From contig NC_043002.1 of assembly GCF_006345805.1 (NCBI RefSeq), forward strand, positions 82,088,001 through 82,152,000: a stretch of 64,000 nt of DNA. The letters are read 5' to 3'. Position numbers and translations under genes: made by a program. The notes under the pieces were generated by a model. It ran no database searches. It was not told the DNA's origin and saw only the letters and a list, made by a program, of their open reading frames with translations. This DNA is from Octopus sinensis (lineage: Eukaryota). Below are positions 58,296-64,000 of this stretch, one piece after another (the first letter of the stretch is position 1; every line of letters begins with the position of its first letter).

Positions 58296-58975
58296 ACCAT
58301 ACTTGAGTCTTGTGTATCTGCTTGAATTTACAAATGGTTTTGGAGAATAATCAGAACATTTGGCATTTATTCATTTATCTGAAGCTGTCTTTCATTCTAT
58401 CATGACTCAAAAAAAACGCAGTTTTGTTATTCAAACAAAATGGACCATTATTCCTTGATACCAATGTTGGATGATGCATTTACAGTGTTACAGGGATATA
58501 AATGTTACTATTTTGCTTAGTAGTAAATAATATTCATTCTTTAATTACTACATCCGTCCCCTTTTTGGTTGTTAGTTTCCAAGGCTGACAAGTTCAGTGA
58601 TTCACTAGAAAAGTAAACAAACAAATCTGCATATCTTGATTAGAATATAATTTGATGATAAGTAAATTAATTAGTGATTTTGAAAGAGATACACAAACAC
58701 CAAACATCAAATTTATTGGTTTCATTTGAACATGTATACATAAAATGCTTGCAAGTAATTTGGAGTTTTTTTAGGTCTATTTTTGGTACTTATGTTGTTT
58801 AGCTCTTGGAGATTGGCCCTGTTCGAGCAGATTTATGATCAAAGGAATTCTGGCTGTGTTTCTCAGACTACATTATTTTGATGTGTCCTCCTATATATAT
58901 ACACATACATTACATGCATGCATACATACATACACATGTACATATATATGTGTGTAGATATATGCATATATGTAT

Positions 58976-59745
58976 CATCATCATCATTTAATGTCTGCTT
59001 TCCGTGGGTTGAACAGTTTGACTGGAGCTGGCTAGGCAGAAGACTGCACCATGCTTCATTGTCTATTTTGGCATGTTTTTTTTTTTTTTATGGCTGGGTG
59101 CCCTTCCTAACACCAGCCACTCTGCAGAGTGGACTGAATGCTTTTTACGTGGCACCAACACAGGGAATGATCAGTTTTGGCATGGTATTTTTACAGTTGG
59201 AAGCCCTTCCAGATGCCAACCACTCTACAGTGTGGACTGAATGCTTTTTACATGGCACCAGCACTGGCAGGGTCACCGGGTGTTGGAAGATGTGATTTTG
59301 TGCCAGATGCTGAAAGGTTAGAGTGTGACAAGAAGTCAGAAACAGGTGTCTTACTGTTGAGGAGACGTATGGTTATCTGGTGAGAGAAATAGAAGGAGTG
59401 ATCAAGACTGAGGCCAGTAGCGGGTGTGTCGCCTGGTTAACTAGTCTGAGACATAGAGCAAGAAGAAAAGTGCAAGAGAGATGGTGATGAAGTGCCAGGG
59501 TATACTCACAAGGAACAGGGGTCAGAATATAAATAGGATGGTAGAGAAGAGCCAGGGAGAAATAAGTGGTGGCAAAGTGGTAGGGTATTGCCAAGGTGCA
59601 TGAGTAGTGAGTAGAGACTTTAAATGAATGCAAGGAATGTGTGGGGGGGGGGTATACAGTGACTGGTAAAATGTGGGCATATATAGTGGGGGGGGACACA
59701 GTATGGTGTGATTTGAGGGAGATTTAGCTGCTGTTTTATGCAATC
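58976..59745 (-). mobile_element. Longest family E copy with an internal ~100-bp duplication
   Basis: E tail at about 58976-59070, duplicated unit at 59066-59158 and 59175-59260, and a 5' extension partly shared with 21100-21260. Confidence 0.65.
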
Positions 59746-59826
59746 TAGTAACTGTATGAACGACTTCTTCATGTGTGTGATGGTGCAGTAGTCATGGTTT
59801 GTCCCATAAAGACAGTTGGTTGCTTA

Positions 59827-60209
59827 GGTGCAGGAATGTCTGTGTGGTAAGTAGCTTGCTTACCAACCACATGGTTCCGGGTTCAGTCCCACTGTGTGGC
59901 ACCTTGGGCAAGTGTCTTCTACAATAGCCTTGGACCGACCAAAGCCTTGTGAGTGGATTTGGTAGACGGAAACTGAAAGAAGCCCGTCATATATATGTAT
60001 ATATGTGTGTGTGCGTGTCTGTGTCTGTCCCCCTATCATCGCTTGACAACTAATGCTGGTGTGTTTACATCCCCATAACTTAGCAGTTCAGCAAAAGAGA
60101 CTGATAGAATAAGTACTAGGCTTAAAAAGAATAAATCCTATGGTCGATTTGCTTGACTAAAGGCAGTGCTCCAGCATGGCCGCAGTCAAATGACTGAAAC
60201 AAGTAAAAG
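59827..60209 (+). mobile_element. SINE-B full length
   Basis: Complete head and 3' half. Confidence 0.9.
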
Positions 60210-62239
60210 TAATGTCTAAAAGTGTGTTTATCAATAGACTGTCGTGGTCAGTAGCCTCACATTTTGTAATAGACTTATTGGTGTTCATAAACCTTGAGAG
60301 ATTTAAACTCTCATCTACTGTTAACAAATGCAATCATTTTCACACTCCCCTGGCACTACAACAAATGCCAGTTTGTTAAAATGAAAACCTTGTCTCTAAG
60401 ATATTTGGTCAATCATTTTTACTTACACTCCTGTATGTCTGGTTTTGGTTATATACACTGCGAGGGAAGTTCTATTGTTGCCTCTGCTGTTTTCTAACCC
60501 GACTATTTTAGCCATAAAATAAACTATTTCAGAATCCATAGAAAATCTCCTGCAGCCTATTTCAGCTGTCACTTTTTGATGATGCTTTTTACTTTCTAGA
60601 ATCTCTAGATTGCGTGATAACTACTGTTAGCTGCTTCAAGTAGATGTTTGATTAACTATATAAGGAACTACTTTAACAACAAACTTGTACTTCATTTCTA
60701 TCATTACTATAAGGACATGTGTGTGTGTGTGTGTGTGTGTGTTGATATATATATGCGAATTTGCAGACATGAATGCTTGTGTATAATACTGTGTTTTTGT
60801 AAACATGATAGCCTAGTAAATGTTTTTCCCTTTTTTTTACTAATCCTTTCAAGAGAGTTGGTGGGGGGGGGGGCAAACAAGGGGGCTTAAAACTGTATAT
60901 CTTAATTTAGGGGGATGTGTGAAGCGAAGGGAATGATACTTTGGGTAGTTTAGCAAACTCCTCCATACTAAGATACAGAGTTGAAAACATTTCATTTCTG
61001 AAAACTGAAAAGAAATGAGTTGAATTCTGCTGTCAGTAGTAGCTTCAGTGAGAGCCAGTATAGTTTTTGTTTTTGTTATTATTACTGTTACTACTACTGC
61101 TGTTGCCATTCTGACCCCTTTCATCTCTACTCTTTAACTTGGTTTCTTTTGGAAAATCTGAAATCTGAATTGATTGTGATTCTTGACACATGAGGGGAGA
61201 AGGTAAAGATATCACCATATTTTATAATAGCCCCACCCACCTAACTTAATTAAATTGATTAAAGAGAAGCATGTAATTAGAAGACCAATGGTTCTGAAGC
61301 TGCAAAGTGAACATTTTTCTTGCTTATTATTTATTTACAAATTGACTTATATTGCTGTTCATATTTCAAATTGCTATTATTAAAAGCCATCTATCTTATT
61401 CTCTGATTTTACTCCTTCAGCTTTTCCTCATCTTTCTTCAGCCAACATATCTCCAGATTTTGCTTTCCTTTTCCTAATCTACCCCTCCTCTCTCTCATTC
61501 TAAACCCTTTTATTCTCCCCTTTATTCATCCACCCATCTCAGTTTTCATTCTATTTCATCATTGTTTGCTTCTTTTCATTTTTGTTTCTTTCCATCTTGA
61601 CCACATTCATTCCTTTTCTCTCAAACTGCCTTTGTGTTTCCTTCTTGCACACCCTCTTTGTCTTCATTTCCCTCATTACTCTATGCATTCACTCCATCTT
61701 TCTCTCTCTAACCTATTTAATTTAACTCCTCTCACTACATTTCTCACCTTCTCTTGTAAATCTTCCCTTCTTTCCCTTTTACACTTTTACATCACATTTT
61801 CCTTTATCTTTTTCCCTGTCTCCTTACAAACACCTCTCTTCAGACCCATCCATCTTTCAAGATTATTATTACCTGATTCTTATAAATTTCTCTGTAAATA
61901 TAATTCAACATTTGCTTAGGTGGATTCCATCCTAGCCCACCATTCCATGTCCTACCTTGTTCCTTCTCAGTCTTTCATCAGGAACCTGAAAGAGTTTTAA
62001 AGTCTTGTGTTGCTAAACCAACCAGAAAAGACTAAGATTCAATGAGTTTGAATTCAAAATATATGCTTTAGTGTAATCTCATTAAAATGGTATTTGAAGC
62101 AGTTGTAAGGTATATGCTATCAGTGTATTATATCATATTTCTCTCCACTGCTGAATGCTGATTGGCAGTATGGACAGAGATGTAGGAGAGGGTTTAAAGC
62201 TTGTTAGAATCATAATGGTGTGGATGGTGATTGTTGTTG

Positions 62240-62270
<31 letters not shown>

Positions 62271-63104
62271 TGTTGTGGTAATGAAGGTAATGATGGGGGA
62301 GTGGCTGGTCATGAGGGTGGAATGGAGCACTAGCTCTTGGACAGAACTAGTTGTTGATTTATTTCTTACATTCTTGTGTGGCTGTGATTTATAGGTGCTA
62401 GTTCAGTATCTGTTACCTTAAATGGCCTTTAGAGCATATCTTCTCATGCCTGACTGGTTTCAGTTCAATGTTCCTGTTGGAAAGAATTGCTTCATTTGAT
62501 AAGTGTCATCTATTCAATGAGAATGAAGCATGAACATTTGATTAAGGTTTGCTATCTGGGGAGTAGAAATGTAAAGGTGGGGGGCAGGGGGAGGGAGGTC
62601 TTCCTCTCAGGCAACATGAAGAGCTGTCAGCAGTGGTGACTGGCCACACATGAGGCTCACAGATTCTTTATCTCTCAGCCTTTCTGTCCCACTCTTTATT
62701 CCCCTCTCTTCCTTTCATCCTTTGCCTCCTCCTCCTCCCCTTCATCTTCATCCTTTTCTCTAGCTTTTATCTCTTTACCTATCTTTCTCTTTCTCTCTCT
62801 GTCACCCATTTCTCAGTCTACATCTATAGTTAACAATTACACTGAGTTGCTATTGCTTTGTAGAATGGAGCCAACTGTCCAAGACAAATAATGTGCTGGT
62901 CAATTTCTTTCAAATTTCTTTGTGACTGAGATTACAGTTATCAAACAGCTATTTAAAGTAGCAGGATGAGGGTGGATAGGGTCTCCACCAACCCTTACAA
63001 TGCTCATCCCTGTTTCTACCCCTGGGTTTTCTTTCCATTAGTTAAAAATTCTCCGGGGATTTTTATATTTCATATAAAATGCAGCTGATCTGCAGAATAG
63101 GTGG

Positions 63105-63270
63105 GTGGAACATTGGACTATATGTTTGGCATGTACCCTTATATACACTCAGAGTTCAAATCACACTGAAGTTAACTTGGCCATTCATCCTTCCAGTTCA
63201 GTATTTAAGTATCAGTAAAATACTGGGAATAAGACTGTACTCTCTCCAAAATGTGTGACAAACATAAACT
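63105..63270 (+). mobile_element. SINE-A highly degenerate
   Basis: gagttcaaatcac...gttaacttggccattcatcc...aagtatcagt. Confidence 0.45.
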
Positions 63271-63552
63271 ACTAGAGTGTTGGAGTGAAAGAAGGAGTAC
63301 AGCAAAAGTAGATTTGAAGTCTTGCTGTATCCAATAGTCTTCTCATCATTCCAAGATCAAGTCCTGCCAGAATTATCTCTAGCATTTAGAGTATCAATAA
63401 AATAAACACTAGCTTTGTAATGGGTCTCTTCAAACGTGTATTTTACCTACCTATTCTCTACCAATGTTTGGTCCTTTGGCAACCAAATAGTCTGTATTAA
63501 TATAGGCATAAATATCACTAGGTATTGACCATATCTGCATGCAAACTCCAAA

Positions 63553-63588
<36 letters not shown>

Positions 63589-63624
63589 CATTAAAATATA
63601 TATTAGGGTATCTACGAGATACCA

Positions 63625-63674
<50 letters not shown>

Positions 63675-63899
63675 GTGTGTATATACAGTTCAGAGAAGAA
63701 GCTAACAAAGCTTGAAAGATTACAGGATAGTACAGAGCAAGCTATATAAGCTTGTTCAACTACTGTACAATTGGAGCATGAAACTTAGAGTAGCTCCCAT
63801 TTAAATCCTGTGTTTATTTATATTTATTTCTCACTTGATAAAGTGCCTTTTTGTTGTTGTTGTTCTTGCCAACAATGGAATGGTACATTATGTATTCGT

Positions 63900-64000
63900 T
63901 TATTTGTTTCAGTCATTTGACTGCAGCCATGCTGGAGTACCGCCTTCAGTTGAACAAATCGACCCCAGGACTTATTCTTTGTAAGCGTAGTATTCTATTG
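63900..64000 (-). mobile_element. SINE-B 3' end (runs off the window)
   Basis: gtttcagtcatttgactgcagccatgctggag. Confidence 0.85.

Noticed and set aside
62616-62628. atgaagagctgtc, matching my recollection of the 3' half of lophotrochozoan miR-745
   Set aside because: The seed region is absent and there is no hairpin.

Overview
AT-rich, microsatellite-dense eukaryotic DNA. I recognise the dominant repeat families as coleoid cephalopod, very probably Octopus; this is recall, not a database search. No host gene could be identified, so the window looks like a large intron or intergenic region. Nearly all track ORFs are microsatellite or repeat artefacts. Most explainable sequence belongs to repeat families labelled here: SINE-A (tRNA-like head), SINE-B (tRNA-like head, central microsatellite), SINE-F, family E (element with a (GAT)n tail, RTE-like), family C, two TTAA-flanked CCCTTT-ended piggyBac-like MITE families (D1, D2), and hAT- and Tc1/Tc2-like MITEs. 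Four protein-coding relics are recognisable: an Hsmar1-like D34D mariner transposase C-terminus (40157-40665, -), a tandem C2H2 zinc-finger LINE C-terminus (9305-9535, +), and two consecutive pieces of an R4/Dong-type restriction-like endonuclease (52265-52470, +; 16939-17253, -). The most striking unexplained structures are a 107-bp near-perfect palindrome (34458-34564), 100-bp ungapped inverted arms around a 397-nt spacer (46591-47187), a modular SINE with swapped 3' halves, and dense inverted SINE pairs that could form dsRNA for ADAR. Several SINE-free islands have enhancer- or promoter-like motifs, and a few small candidate exons are reported at low confidence. I found no evidence for a novel multi-gene system. 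Boundaries of degenerate repeats are approximate (+/-10-20 nt).
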